A DNA stretch of 64,000 nucleotides from Candidatus Poribacteria bacterium (GTDB lineage Bacteria > Poribacteria > WGA-4E > UBA9662). The translations under genes were made by a program, and so were the position numbers. This document shows, one piece after another, positions 9,515 through 19,331 of the stretch. The stretch spans positions 1 through 64,000 of the forward strand of contig JAYZAL010000016.1 in the NCBI GenBank assembly GCA_036339735.1. The letters are read 5' to 3'. The notes below the pieces were generated by a model. It saw only the letters and a list, made by a program, of their open reading frames with translations. It had not been told where the DNA came from and did no database searches. Positions within the stretch are counted from its first letter, which is position 1. The number at the start of each line of letters is the position of its first letter.

Positions 9515-10921
9515 ATGAGCAACCAACCGTATTTACTGACCGATGGCCAGATACACGACTTTATTGTTAATGGATTCATCACAATTAAAACAGATTTGCC
9601 AGTCGGTTTTCATGAGGAAGTTTACAACCAACTAACAAGAATTTTCGAAAGAGAAGGAAATCCAGGTAATAATCTCCTACCTCGTATTCCCGAACTCAAC
9701 CAAATTTTCAACGACCCAAAGGTTGTCGGTGCATTAACTGGGCTTTTGGGCAGCAGTTACTATATGCAACCCCATCGGCATTGTCACTATAATCCACCAA
9801 ATAGTAAAGGGCAAAACATGCATCAAGATGGTGGAAAACGTTGGTCTCACAAAAGTCGTCGGCTACTGGTTTTTTATTATCCGCAAGATACACCAGAAGA
9901 ACTTGGCCCGACCGGTATTGTTCCTGGAAGTCACTACTACAACACTTCTTTTGGTGCTAATGTCAATCCTGAATTACCATTGTGTGGACAAGCAGGTGAA
10001 GTAACCTTAGCCAATTACGATCTATGGCATAGAGCTATGCCTAACCACACTAGCCGTATGCGCTATATGATGAAATTTTTATATCTTAGGATGTCTGAAA
10101 CAGAAAAAGCTACTTGGTTACACAAAGAATCGGACTGGAAACGTATATCAGCTAAATCTAACTCTCAATTCTATAATCTAGATCACGAGCAAATGTACCA
10201 ATCTATCTGGAAATGGCATCTAGGCGAATATGATCAAAACGCGGAACGAATGTACTGCAGCGATTCGGTTGAAAGTCTAATCGCAGATTTTGAAATAGAG
10301 ACAGAAACCGCTTGCTTGACAAATGCCTATGCCTTAAGTCGATTTGGGGCACCTGTTTCTCCCGATTTGGCAAATTTGTTAGCCAATGAGTCTGGATACG
10401 GACAGAGATACGCTTTTTATGGCCTTACAACACTCGGTGAACCGGCCGTACCCCAATTGATAGATTACGTTAATCATACTAACGAATCGGTTCGGAGTAG
10501 TGCCATAGAAACGTTGGGCGATATTGGCCCACCAGCCTTAGAATCTGTCATTTCCATTAGGCAACGACTCCAAGACTCATCTGCACAAGTTCGGTCCAAA
10601 GTAGCGGAGTCATTAGGTACTATTGTCACAAAGTCAAGCCATGAGCTGACAGAAACGATTGGGGGTTTAACAGAAGCATTAAGCGACGAAAACGATCGGG
10701 TACGACAAAACGCGACGCTTGCTTTGTGTCGGATTGCTCCACGTTGTGATCAATCCATTACGGCCCTACAACGTGCATTAGTAGATAGTAATCGGTATGT
10801 GCGCGGTGATGCTGTTCATGCACTACGGCGTATCAATACTCCGTCTGCCAAAGAAGTACTTATCGATCATCTAGTCACGTCTCGTTGGTGTTCACTAACC
10901 AGTAGTGAAAGTACTCACTAG
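9515..10921 (+). CDS. phytanoyl-CoA dioxygenase (PhyH)-family Fe(II)/2OG domain fused to C-terminal HEAT repeats
   Basis: HQD...WH facial triad, GPTGIVPGSH motif; C-terminal repeats of type VRSSAIETLGDIG / VRSKVAESLGTI / VRQNATLALCRI / VRGDAVHALRRI. Confidence 0.8.
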   Translation: MSNQPYLLTDGQIHDFIVNGFITIKTDLPVGFHEEVYNQLTRIFEREGNPGNNLLPRIPELNQIFNDPKVVGALTGLLGSSYYMQPHRHCHYNPPNSKGQNMHQDGGKRWSHKSRRLLVFYYPQDTPEELGPTGIVPGSHYYNTSFGANVNPELPLCGQAGEVTLANYDLWHRAMPNHTSRMRYMMKFLYLRMSETEKATWLHKESDWKRISAKSNSQFYNLDHEQMYQSIWKWHLGEYDQNAERMYCSDSVESLIADFEIETETACLTNAYALSRFGAPVSPDLANLLANESGYGQRYAFYGLTTLGEPAVPQLIDYVNHTNESVRSSAIETLGDIGPPALESVISIRQRLQDSSAQVRSKVAESLGTIVTKSSHELTETIGGLTEALSDENDRVRQNATLALCRIAPRCDQSITALQRALVDSNRYVRGDAVHALRRINTPSAKEVLIDHLVTSRWCSLTSSESTH

Positions 10922-10942
10922 TCGATAGTTAATAAGGTAAAA

Positions 10943-11794
10943 ATGCATAAGACTATCATTACAGTTGCGGTTTGTGGTTCAGTGCCAACTAAAGAAATGA
11001 ATCCAGCTGTCCCATATACACCTAAGGAAATTGCAGACTCAGCCATTGATAGTTATAAGGCAGGTGCAACGATCGCTCACATTCACGTCCGAGACCCAGA
11101 AACAGGTGTTCCGACTTCGGATATTAGTCTTTTTTCTGAAGTGGTTGATCGTATTCGAGATTCTTGTGATATGATCATTAATCTTACAACTAGTGGTATA
11201 AATCTCAAGGGTGAAAATGTGATCGAGCAACGTTTAGAACCAGTAAAGCTACTGCCTGAAATCTGCTCATTTGATATTGGATCCATGAATTTCCAACATA
11301 GGCCATTTATCAATTCGCCCGAATGGGGACGTTTAGCTGCTAAACGAATGCGCGAGTATGGTATCAAACCAGAAATCGAAGTCTTTGATATGGGACACAT
11401 CCGTCAAGCAAAACACTGGTTAAAAGAGGGATTGATCGATTATCCTCCTTATTTTCAACTTTGTATGGGAGCTGGATGGGGCATAGAGGCTACACCTGAT
11501 AACTTACTAATGATGAAGAATGCATTACCACCAGATGTGATTTGGTCGGTGCTTGGTGTAGGTCGTATGCAGTTACCAATGATTACTATGGCAATGTTGT
11601 TAGGTGGGCATGTACGTGTCGGTTTTGAAGATAATATTTATCTCCGGCGAGGTGAATTACTAAAAAGTAATGCTCAAATAGTCGAAGTTGCTGCCAATAT
11701 TATTCAGCAACTGCAAGGTGAAGTTGCAACTCAAGACGAAACTCGCGAAATTCTAGGTTTATTGAAGCCCATAAAGGAAACGCCACTTTCATGA
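10943..11794 (+). CDS. beta-keto acid cleavage enzyme (BKACE/Kce, DUF849 family)
   Basis: IITVAVCG...[12 protein letters not shown], Zn-binding [25 protein letters not shown]. Confidence 0.9.
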   Translation: MHKTIITVAVCGSVPTKEMNPAVPYTPKEIADSAIDSYKAGATIAHIHVRDPETGVPTSDISLFSEVVDRIRDSCDMIINLTTSGINLKGENVIEQRLEPVKLLPEICSFDIGSMNFQHRPFINSPEWGRLAAKRMREYGIKPEIEVFDMGHIRQAKHWLKEGLIDYPPYFQLCMGAGWGIEATPDNLLMMKNALPPDVIWSVLGVGRMQLPMITMAMLLGGHVRVGFEDNIYLRRGELLKSNAQIVEVAANIIQQLQGEVATQDETREILGLLKPIKETPLS

Positions 11795-11817
11795 AAAGAT
11801 AACCTCAAAAATGATGT

Positions 11818-13860
11818 ATGAAGCAAAGAGATTTAGTTAATCAACTTGGAAAGTTCAAATTAGAGCCTGACCGAATTGAAAGGGTCGTTTCACTAATTAC
11901 TGATTCTTCACTTTCAACGGATGAGTGTTGGAGATATCTATCCAAACGGGTTTTGACCACAACCGATCCCATCCAACTTCACCAATACCTACACCAGAAG
12001 GTTTACCTATCATCTGATATAACGCCTGAACTCGCACCAGTTTGGATGCCAGACAAGGATGAATTGGAACAAAGCAACATCTATCAACTCATGCAGGAAC
12101 TAGACATGAGTGATTATCAAGATTTTTACGATTGGTCAATTGGTAGTCCCGCTGATTTTTGGGCGCGTATTATTTCTGACCTACAGATCATCTTTCATCA
12201 AAGCCCACAACAGACCCTTGACTTTTCTATTACCCCATCTGACCGAGGTTGGTTAGTTGGTTCACGTTTAAACATTGTTGACTCATGTTTTCAGGAAGAT
12301 GGGCAATCGGTGGCTATCGTCAACCAAAATAGCGATGGATCAATCATAAATTATACATATCAACAATTGGAACGATTGGTCAATCAAGTTGCTCACTCGT
12401 TAATCCAAATGGGGGTTGAAACAGATACATCCATCGGCATTATTATGCCGATGACAGTTGAATCTATAGCTATTTACTTAGCTTGTATTAAGGTTGGTGC
12501 TGTAGCTGTAACAATTGCTGATAGTTTCGCACCGACAGAAATTGCAGTTCGTTTTCAAATCGCCGATACTCAACTGGTTTTTACCCAAGATTATGTTCAT
12601 CGTGCTAGGAAACAACTACCCCTCTATGAAAAGGTTATAGAGGCTCGAGCCGAACAAGTAATTGTTATTAAGACTATAACCGATAATAAGCTTTTTCTGC
12701 GAAAAAAGGACTATTTGTGGAAAGATTTTCTGGATTCTGATTTTGATGAGCCTCATCGATCCGTATCACGCCTTCCATCTGACTACTGTAACATTCTTTT
12801 TTCATCTGGTACAACTGGCCCACCCAAGGCAATCCCTTGGACCCATACCACACCCATCAAGTCAGCTGCCGATGCTTATCTACATCATGATATTAAGACG
12901 GGAGACTGTCTCTGTTGGCCGACGAGTTTGGGTTGGATGATGGGGCCTTGGTTAGTTTTCTCAGCTTTAATAAATAAGGCTCGCATAGCCCTCTACCCTG
13001 ATGTTGCAACTGGAAGAGACTTTTTTACCTTTGTCCAAAAAGCTAAAGTTACTATGCTCGGCGTGGTACCTAGTCTAGTCTCCAGATGGCGTAAAGATGG
13101 GTTAGCAGGCTCAGTTGATTGGTCATCTATTAGAGTATTTAGTTCCACTGGCGAATGTTCTAACCCTGACGATATGTTTTTTCTAATGGCTCAAGCCAAC
13201 TACAAACCGGTCATTGAATATTGTGGAGGTACTGAAATTGGCGGCGGTTATATCACGGGAACTGTAGTACAGCCGAACATACCATCAACCTTTTCTACTC
13301 CAGCACTGGGGAGTCGGTTTCTGATATTAGACGAGGCTGGCAAACAGACTGATGAGGGGGAAGTATTTTTAATTCCCCCAGCCTTGGGTTTGTCAACTGA
13401 GCTTTTAAACGCAGACCATTACGCAGTCTACTATGCTAACACACCAACTGACAATTTGCTTCGACGACATGGAGATCAAATAGCATATTTACCTAATGGT
13501 TATTTTCGTATCAACGGTCGAGTTGATGATGCTATGAACCTTGGTGGGATCAAAATCAGCTGTAACCAAATTGAAGCAGTATTATCTAAGCTCGACTTCG
13601 TCCGAGAATCTGCTGCTATTGCTGTACCAGCTATTGGTGGAGGACCTAGCAATCTAGTAATTTACCTAGTACCAGAATCGGATAAAACATCCAAAGTCGA
13701 TATGTTGGCTGAAATGCAGTTAGCCATTCATCAAGGCCTGAACCCCTTGTTCAAAATCAAAGATTGCTTCTTGATTAGTAACTTACCTCGTACAGCTTCT
13801 AATAAAATAATGCGACGAAAATTACGCCAAGCGTATGAAAATCAATCGATGAATTTATGA
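11818..13860 (+). CDS. AMP-forming acyl-CoA synthetase (acetate/acetoacetate-CoA ligase-like)
   Basis: ILFSSGTTGPPK P-loop, GWMMGPW, YCGGTE, RHGD...GRVDD, LPRTASNKIMRR. Confidence 0.85.
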   Translation: MKQRDLVNQLGKFKLEPDRIERVVSLITDSSLSTDECWRYLSKRVLTTTDPIQLHQYLHQKVYLSSDITPELAPVWMPDKDELEQSNIYQLMQELDMSDYQDFYDWSIGSPADFWARIISDLQIIFHQSPQQTLDFSITPSDRGWLVGSRLNIVDSCFQEDGQSVAIVNQNSDGSIINYTYQQLERLVNQVAHSLIQMGVETDTSIGIIMPMTVESIAIYLACIKVGAVAVTIADSFAPTEIAVRFQIADTQLVFTQDYVHRARKQLPLYEKVIEARAEQVIVIKTITDNKLFLRKKDYLWKDFLDSDFDEPHRSVSRLPSDYCNILFSSGTTGPPKAIPWTHTTPIKSAADAYLHHDIKTGDCLCWPTSLGWMMGPWLVFSALINKARIALYPDVATGRDFFTFVQKAKVTMLGVVPSLVSRWRKDGLAGSVDWSSIRVFSSTGECSNPDDMFFLMAQANYKPVIEYCGGTEIGGGYITGTVVQPNIPSTFSTPALGSRFLILDEAGKQTDEGEVFLIPPALGLSTELLNADHYAVYYANTPTDNLLRRHGDQIAYLPNGYFRINGRVDDAMNLGGIKISCNQIEAVLSKLDFVRESAAIAVPAIGGGPSNLVIYLVPESDKTSKVDMLAEMQLAIHQGLNPLFKIKDCFLISNLPRTASNKIMRRKLRQAYENQSMNL

Positions 13861-13952
13861 CCTTGGCAAAATCCGACATTGCTTGACAAAAATAACTTGT
13901 CTGTAGATATTGATTATTGATAGAATTCGACTAAAGAGGATTTTAGATAAGT

Positions 13953-14969
13953 ATGTCAGAACCAATTCGTTGGGGTATTTTAAGTACAGCCAATATAGCT
14001 ACAAAAGTTGGATCAGCTATTCAGTCCGCGACCAACGCGGATTTGTTAGCTATCGCTAGTCGTTGCGAAAACAAAGCTCGAGAATGGGCCGAGGTAAAAG
14101 GTGTACCTAAGTACTATGGCTCTTACGACAGTTTGTTGAACGATGAGGAGATTGATGCTATCTATATTCCCCTACCCCCTTCAATGCACGCTGAATGGGT
14201 AATTCGATCGGCAGAACACGGGAAACACATATTATGTGAAAAACCGATAGCCGCAAACTTTTCGCAAGCATTAGAAATGGCTCATGCCTGTCGTGAGCAT
14301 AAACTACAACTTATGGATGGTGTAATGTGGGTGCACCACCAGCGTACTGCTGTTATGAAACAGATAATAGAAAAAGGAAATTTGGGTAGCCTTCGTCGCG
14401 TCGCTTCCGCTTTTACCTTCAACTGGGATCAAATTCCTGAAGATAATATACGAACTAAAAAAGAGCTGGGAGGAGGATCACTTGGAGACCTCGGTTATTA
14501 CTGTGTGCGCGCTATTCTATGGGCTTTTGATGATCTCCCTGAACGAGTTTTTGCTACTGTTCGAAACAAAAGTGGGGTCGATTTTAATGTTACAGCCATG
14601 TTGTGGTTTCAAAAAGACCGAATGGCAACCTTTGACTGCGGCTTCGATACCGTTCTGCGAAAATGGTTTGAAATTTCTGGAACGAAAGGATCTATAGTCT
14701 GCGACGATTTTACTGTTCCCTCCAGCGACGAGGCCAGATTTTGGCTTCATGATTCCAGAGGTCAGGCAGCCGTCCACAAAATTAAAGATTGCGTTCAAGA
14801 GGTAAATATGATTGAGAATTTTTCTCAACATATCCACTTAATGAAAGAGAAATCACAGCCTATCCGAACTGATTGGATCGATATAGCCGTTAATACTCAA
14901 AGAGTATGCCAAGCTATTAATAAATCAGCTGAAAATTCAGCTATCGTCAACTTGGCGGATATTATATAG
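13953..14969 (+). CDS. Gfo/Idh/MocA family oxidoreductase
   Basis: RWGILSTANIA, GKHILCEKP, GGGSLGDLGYY. Confidence 0.9.
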   Translation: MSEPIRWGILSTANIATKVGSAIQSATNADLLAIASRCENKAREWAEVKGVPKYYGSYDSLLNDEEIDAIYIPLPPSMHAEWVIRSAEHGKHILCEKPIAANFSQALEMAHACREHKLQLMDGVMWVHHQRTAVMKQIIEKGNLGSLRRVASAFTFNWDQIPEDNIRTKKELGGGSLGDLGYYCVRAILWAFDDLPERVFATVRNKSGVDFNVTAMLWFQKDRMATFDCGFDTVLRKWFEISGTKGSIVCDDFTVPSSDEARFWLHDSRGQAAVHKIKDCVQEVNMIENFSQHIHLMKEKSQPIRTDWIDIAVNTQRVCQAINKSAENSAIVNLADII

Positions 14970-15076
14970 ATTTGTTACCATAATTCTACTGTAAATAGGG
15001 AACTTAAGGTTAACTTGAAGTAAGGTAAATTGTTGGCTTGGTTTTATCGTTTTTTGACCTGTAGCAAATAAGAACT

Positions 15077-15598
15077 ATGGCAATTGACCAGCTGCCCATT
15101 AAACTAGAGCCGTCCGCTCAATTAACAAAACCTAATCTTACATTTCGACCAATGACACTTAGTGATTTGCCAAGTGTCATGGTAATTGAACGCCAGTCTT
15201 TTTCTACACCTTGGAGTGAAAATACATTCCGGCGATCCATGAGTAGGAAACGTACGTATTCGCATTGTCTCGTAGCTGTATGTGAGGAAATCGTCATTGC
15301 TTATGCCCACTTCGTTCTAATCTCTGGTGATGTTCACATAACTAACTTCGCAGTGGCAAAGACTCACCGCCGATTGAGAGTAGGACAGCATCTTCTAAAA
15401 GAATTACTACTTCAAGCAAAAGAAATGAAAGGGGAATTGTGTTTTTTAGAAGTAAGAGTTAGCAACATTGCCGCTTACAATTTATATCGAAAATTTGGTT
15501 TTCAGATTCATTCAATTCGAAAGAAATACTATACTGACAATGGAGAAGATGCCTATCTGTTATGGATTCCAGATCTTTCAGCTCTAAAACTATCCTAA
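15077..15598 (+). CDS. rimI: ribosomal-protein-alanine N-acetyltransferase
   Basis: IERQSFSTPWS, HITNFAV, LEVRVSNIAAYNLYRKFGF, RKKYYTDNGEDA. Confidence 0.88.
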   Translation: MAIDQLPIKLEPSAQLTKPNLTFRPMTLSDLPSVMVIERQSFSTPWSENTFRRSMSRKRTYSHCLVAVCEEIVIAYAHFVLISGDVHITNFAVAKTHRRLRVGQHLLKELLLQAKEMKGELCFLEVRVSNIAAYNLYRKFGFQIHSIRKKYYTDNGEDAYLLWIPDLSALKLS

Positions 15599-15611
15599 AC
15601 TAATTTGGAAG

Positions 15612-16013
15612 ATTTTACTCCCACTCAATGAGTGATACCCTCTGAACCCCTTTATTTACAAGGGGTTGAAAGAAGTTTGTATCAACTTTGTATAAAGTAG
15701 TAGTCACATTTCTCCCAATTCTGTATGAATATACCTAGAAACTAGGTATTTCATACAAAGTTTGTATCAGAAGATTATACGATTTTTAGGTAATGAACAG
15801 TTGGGTCTGACACAGAAAGTTGTGGATCCCTGTATCAGTTTTTAAGGCATCAGAAAATAGTTTTGAGATAGATTTACTTTACCCTATCCTTATGTTTTTC
15901 AGTAAGTGGCTAAACTTTGTATTGAAGTTTGTATCTACAGAAGATGAACACAATAAAAATAAAGAATCCTTGTTTTATAGGATTTTCAGACGATTATTTT
16001 ACTCCCACTCAAT
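15612..16013. mobile_element. 384-bp non-coding element (genomic island remnant) at the guaA 3' end, bounded by 18-bp direct repeats
   Basis: ATTTTACTCCCACTCAAT occurs at 15612-15629 and at 15996-16013; the second copy contains the guaA last codons and stop. The interior has five same-orientation AA(G/C)TTTGTAT(C/A/T) repeats and a short palindrome inside each end. Confidence 0.75.
15673..15935 (+). repeat. five 11-bp direct repeats AA(G/C)TTTGTAT(C/A/T), putative integrase arm-type sites
   Basis: Copies at 15673-15683, 15684-15694, 15758-15768, 15913-15923 and 15925-15935, arranged as a tandem pair near each end plus one central copy. Confidence 0.75.
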
Positions 16014-17549
16014 TGTAGCTGGTGGTTTAGAACTGATATCGTAAACCACTCGGTTGATACCTCTAACCTCATTGATAATCCGATTGGAAATTCGACCCAA
16101 AAGGTCATGTGGAATCTTCGCCCAATCCGCTGTCATTCCATCCAAACTAGTGACAGCACGCAAAGCAATAGCGTTTTCATAAGTACGCTCATCACCCATC
16201 ACACCAACGGTCTGAACCGGCAAAAGAACGGATAGCGCTTGCCAAATTTCGTCATAGATACCAGCTTTTCGAATTTCGTCAATAAAAATCCTATCAGCTT
16301 GCCTTACCATGTTCAATCTTTCAATCGTTATTTCGCCGAGAATACGTACCGCCAAACCCGGCCCTGGGAATGGGTGCCGTCCCAATATGGACTCATCCAA
16401 CCCAAGTTCCCGTCCTACAGCTCTTACTTCATCTTTAAACAATTCTCGTAATGGCTCTACCAGTTCAAAACTTAAATCTTTTGGCAGTCCACCAACGTTA
16501 TGGTGAGTTTTAATTGTGGCCGATGGTCCCTTTACAGACACACTCTCAATAACATCGGGATAAAGTGTCCCTTGGGCCAAAAAGTCGATCTTCCCAAGTG
16601 GGCCTAACTGATCCTGAAAAACCTCGATAAACTCCCTCCCAATAATCTTGCGCTTTTTTTCTGGATTTACAACACCTGCTAATTCTGTTAAAAAACGGTC
16701 CGTAGCATCAACATAATGAACCTTGATACCCAGATTGCGGTAAATATCCAGTACCTGCTCAGACTCACTTTCGCGCAGAAGCCCATTATTGACAAAAACA
16801 CAGAGTAATTGGTGGCCAACGGCTTTCTTAACGAGAGAAGCTAAAACTGTTGAGTCTACACCGCCACTTACAGCACAAAGTACTCGGCCTCCATTTGTTT
16901 GCTTTTGAATCTTTTCTGTAGTTTCCTCGATAAAAGAACGCATTGTCCAATCACCCGAGCATATACAAATCTGACGTACAAAATTAGAAAGAATAAGATT
17001 ATGGTCATCAGTATGAAACACTTCTGGATGAAATTGTAGGCCATAGAAATTTCTGTCTAAATCGGCCATAGCTGCAACTGGCGAATTATCAGTTTGAGCA
17101 ATGGAGTGGAAGCCATCAGGCATTTTTTCTATACGATCTCCGTGGCTCATCCAAACATTAAACTGATTCGACAGCCCTTGAAACAAGGTTACATTTTCTT
17201 TTGTTAAGTTAATTCGGGCTAAACCAAATTCGCGAGATTTGGCTGGATGAACATTACCAGAAACTGACAATTGAGCCAAAACCTGCATTCCGTAACAAAT
17301 TCCCAGAATTGGTATTCCTAAATCGAAAATGTGTGGCTCTGGTAGCGGAGCAGTTTGTGTATATACACTGGAAGGGCCACCGGATAGAACTATACCTCGA
17401 GGCTGTTTGGCTTGGATGTCAGCTAAAGACATATGATAAGGATGAATTTCGCAATAAACGTTTTGTTCTCTTATCCGCCGAGCAATGAGTTGAGTATACT
17501 GTGAGCCGAAATCCAGAATCAAAATAGTTTGTCTTTGCAAGATTTTCAT
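15999..17549 (-). CDS. guaA: GMP synthase (glutamine-hydrolysing)
   Basis: ILDFGSQYTQLIARR, GICYGMQ, QFHPEV, SGGVDS, IKTHHNVGG, terminal SKPPATIEWE. Confidence 0.99.
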   Translation of the reverse strand: MKILQRQTILILDFGSQYTQLIARRIREQNVYCEIHPYHMSLADIQAKQPRGIVLSGGPSSVYTQTAPLPEPHIFDLGIPILGICYGMQVLAQLSVSGNVHPAKSREFGLARINLTKENVTLFQGLSNQFNVWMSHGDRIEKMPDGFHSIAQTDNSPVAAMADLDRNFYGLQFHPEVFHTDDHNLILSNFVRQICICSGDWTMRSFIEETTEKIQKQTNGGRVLCAVSGGVDSTVLASLVKKAVGHQLLCVFVNNGLLRESESEQVLDIYRNLGIKVHYVDATDRFLTELAGVVNPEKKRKIIGREFIEVFQDQLGPLGKIDFLAQGTLYPDVIESVSVKGPSATIKTHHNVGGLPKDLSFELVEPLRELFKDEVRAVGRELGLDESILGRHPFPGPGLAVRILGEITIERLNMVRQADRIFIDEIRKAGIYDEIWQALSVLLPVQTVGVMGDERTYENAIALRAVTSLDGMTADWAKIPHDLLGRISNRIINEVRGINRVVYDISSKPPATIEWE

Positions 17550-17587
17550 TTCCTTAGTCCCCGATAACCTTTTATAAAGAAGCAGAC

Positions 17588-17616
17588 AGTATACAAATAA
17601 GTCGATACAACGTCAA
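17588..17616 (-). promoter_or_regulatory. sigma70-type promoter of guaA
   Basis: Minus strand TTGACG-17 bp-TATACT, about 40 bp upstream of the guaA start. Confidence 0.7.
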
Positions 17617-17979
17617 GGCCCGTCTAAATCCTACCTTCACTAAGACATATCCTTCGTCCTGAAAACAAAAAATACCAAATTTAAAAGCTGTCATTACTCA
17701 ATCTTAGATTCCACAATTTTTGTCTAATTTTAAGCCTACGGTGAGATAAGCAAATATACTATTGCTATGTACATTATCCTGAGCTGAAACTCAATATAGA
17801 TTTAACCATGAGAAACACTACCGACACAAAATGGCTTCGTTGCCTTTAGTACTATATCCTGCCCTAAGGTTAATTATTGATGAATAAATTAGTTAAGCTT
17901 ATAATATAAAAGGGAAGAACAGATAATTGAAGCTAATTGTATAGCAAAAATAATTAAAATAAGAAAAGGAGAATAAGTT

Positions 17980-18756
17980 TTGCAATCAGAATTAGTACTA
18001 TTAGCTCATCGGGGTGGGATGTCCAGAGCTCCCGAAAATACAATGGTATCATTCGAGCAAGCTCTAAAAGATGGAGCGGATGCTTTTGAATGCGATGTCT
18101 GTCTAACTCAAGATAAAGAACCTGTCATGATTCATGTAGATGTGAAAAAGAATAGTATTCACGAGGCAACAGGTTCTCTAGTTCCCGTATCTGATCTACC
18201 TTGGTCCGAAGTTAAAAAACTTAAGATGGTTAACACAAACCAACCAGTTCCCCACTTAGATCAAGTTTTAGATTTTGTTAAGAACACCAACCTATACTGC
18301 TGGCTAGAACCAAAAACTCTTTCAACAGAAATAATTGATATAGTCGTCAATAAAATCCAAAGATTTGGTCTCGTCGATCTAGTAGGAATTTTGACTTTCT
18401 ACTCTCGTAGAGACCTTTTAAATCATACAAAATTTTTAAACCCAAATATCAAAACTAGCGTTCTACTAATTAACCCATTGTCTAATTTCTTACGTCTGGT
18501 ATCTGACATTGGAGCAGATCATGTAGTTTTTGGATGGAATGGACCTAATCAGTTTCAATTTCACAACGCTATGTTTCGGTCTTTTACGCAAAAAGTTCAA
18601 AAATTGAAAGCCACTGGGATTCAAGTAGAAGGTGGTTACGTACAAACAAAGAATGATGTTCAATGGCTACTCAGGCACGGCGTCGGTGGTCTATGGGCTG
18701 ATGATGTACCAAAAATCAGATCTTACGCAGAATCCTACCTTAACCGATATATGTGA
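17980..18756 (+). CDS. glycerophosphodiester phosphodiesterase family protein
   Basis: AHRGG...PENTM, ECDVCLTQD, VMIH; RBS AAGGAG before a TTG start. Confidence 0.85.
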   Translation: MQSELVLLAHRGGMSRAPENTMVSFEQALKDGADAFECDVCLTQDKEPVMIHVDVKKNSIHEATGSLVPVSDLPWSEVKKLKMVNTNQPVPHLDQVLDFVKNTNLYCWLEPKTLSTEIIDIVVNKIQRFGLVDLVGILTFYSRRDLLNHTKFLNPNIKTSVLLINPLSNFLRLVSDIGADHVVFGWNGPNQFQFHNAMFRSFTQKVQKLKATGIQVEGGYVQTKNDVQWLLRHGVGGLWADDVPKIRSYAESYLNRYM

Positions 18757-18817
18757 CTTTTATTAGAAAAGAATCACATATCATTCTTCATCTTCCCGGT
18801 AATTGTGGTGCTAAAAT

Positions 18818-18871
18818 CTGACCTGACCTGACCTGACCTGACCTGACCTGACCTGACCTGACCTGACCTGA
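18818..18871. repeat. perfect pentanucleotide tandem repeat (CTGAC)x10 + CTGA
   Basis: Read directly from the sequence; lies about 60 bp past the GDPD stop. Confidence 0.97.
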
Positions 18872-19331
18872 TTGCTCTTGTCCTTGAGTCAAGCCTCCTA
18901 ACGACCATATTTTATCGCTGTCAGAGTAATTTGCTACGAATAAGTAAACCAATTGTTTTTCTGTTAGTGATAATCTGATGTGGATCACTAGGAACGAAAA
19001 ATCAAGCAGTCCCCCGACTCAGTTTTCTCACCCCCTTCTTGGATTCTGACTTTTCCAAGTTCGTCTAAAATAGAACTCCCACCAAGTTACATGTTGGTGA
19101 TAGAGAAAATTATTTGACCAGCAGGCAGGTAGAAGAACATGCTCAATTTCGAAGGTCGCTTGCCGATTTTCCGAATCTTTCGGACAAAGATGGTAGGGAT
19201 TTTTTCCCTTCTTGACTCTTAGATACCCTTAGGAAATGAAAATGTGTCCAATTTCACTTCTGACAAATTCACTTTTAACGTAATTAGGAATTACTTAATC
19301 TGTGTTTCTTACTATTGCCCTTCGAACCAGT

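Noticed and set aside
15673-15935. Repeats as a CRISPR array or plasmid iterons
   Set aside because: The units are only 11 bp and irregularly spaced, with no cas or rep gene nearby. Their position inside att-like direct repeats fits arm-type sites better.
15820-16044. 74-aa ORF inside the guaA mini-island as a possible excisionase or integrase fragment
   Set aside because: No HTH or integrase motifs, TTG start without an RBS, and antisense overlap with the guaA end.
18788-18988. 66-aa ORF with GQVRS repeats
   Set aside because: The periodicity is simply the translation of the CTGAC microsatellite; no other coding evidence.
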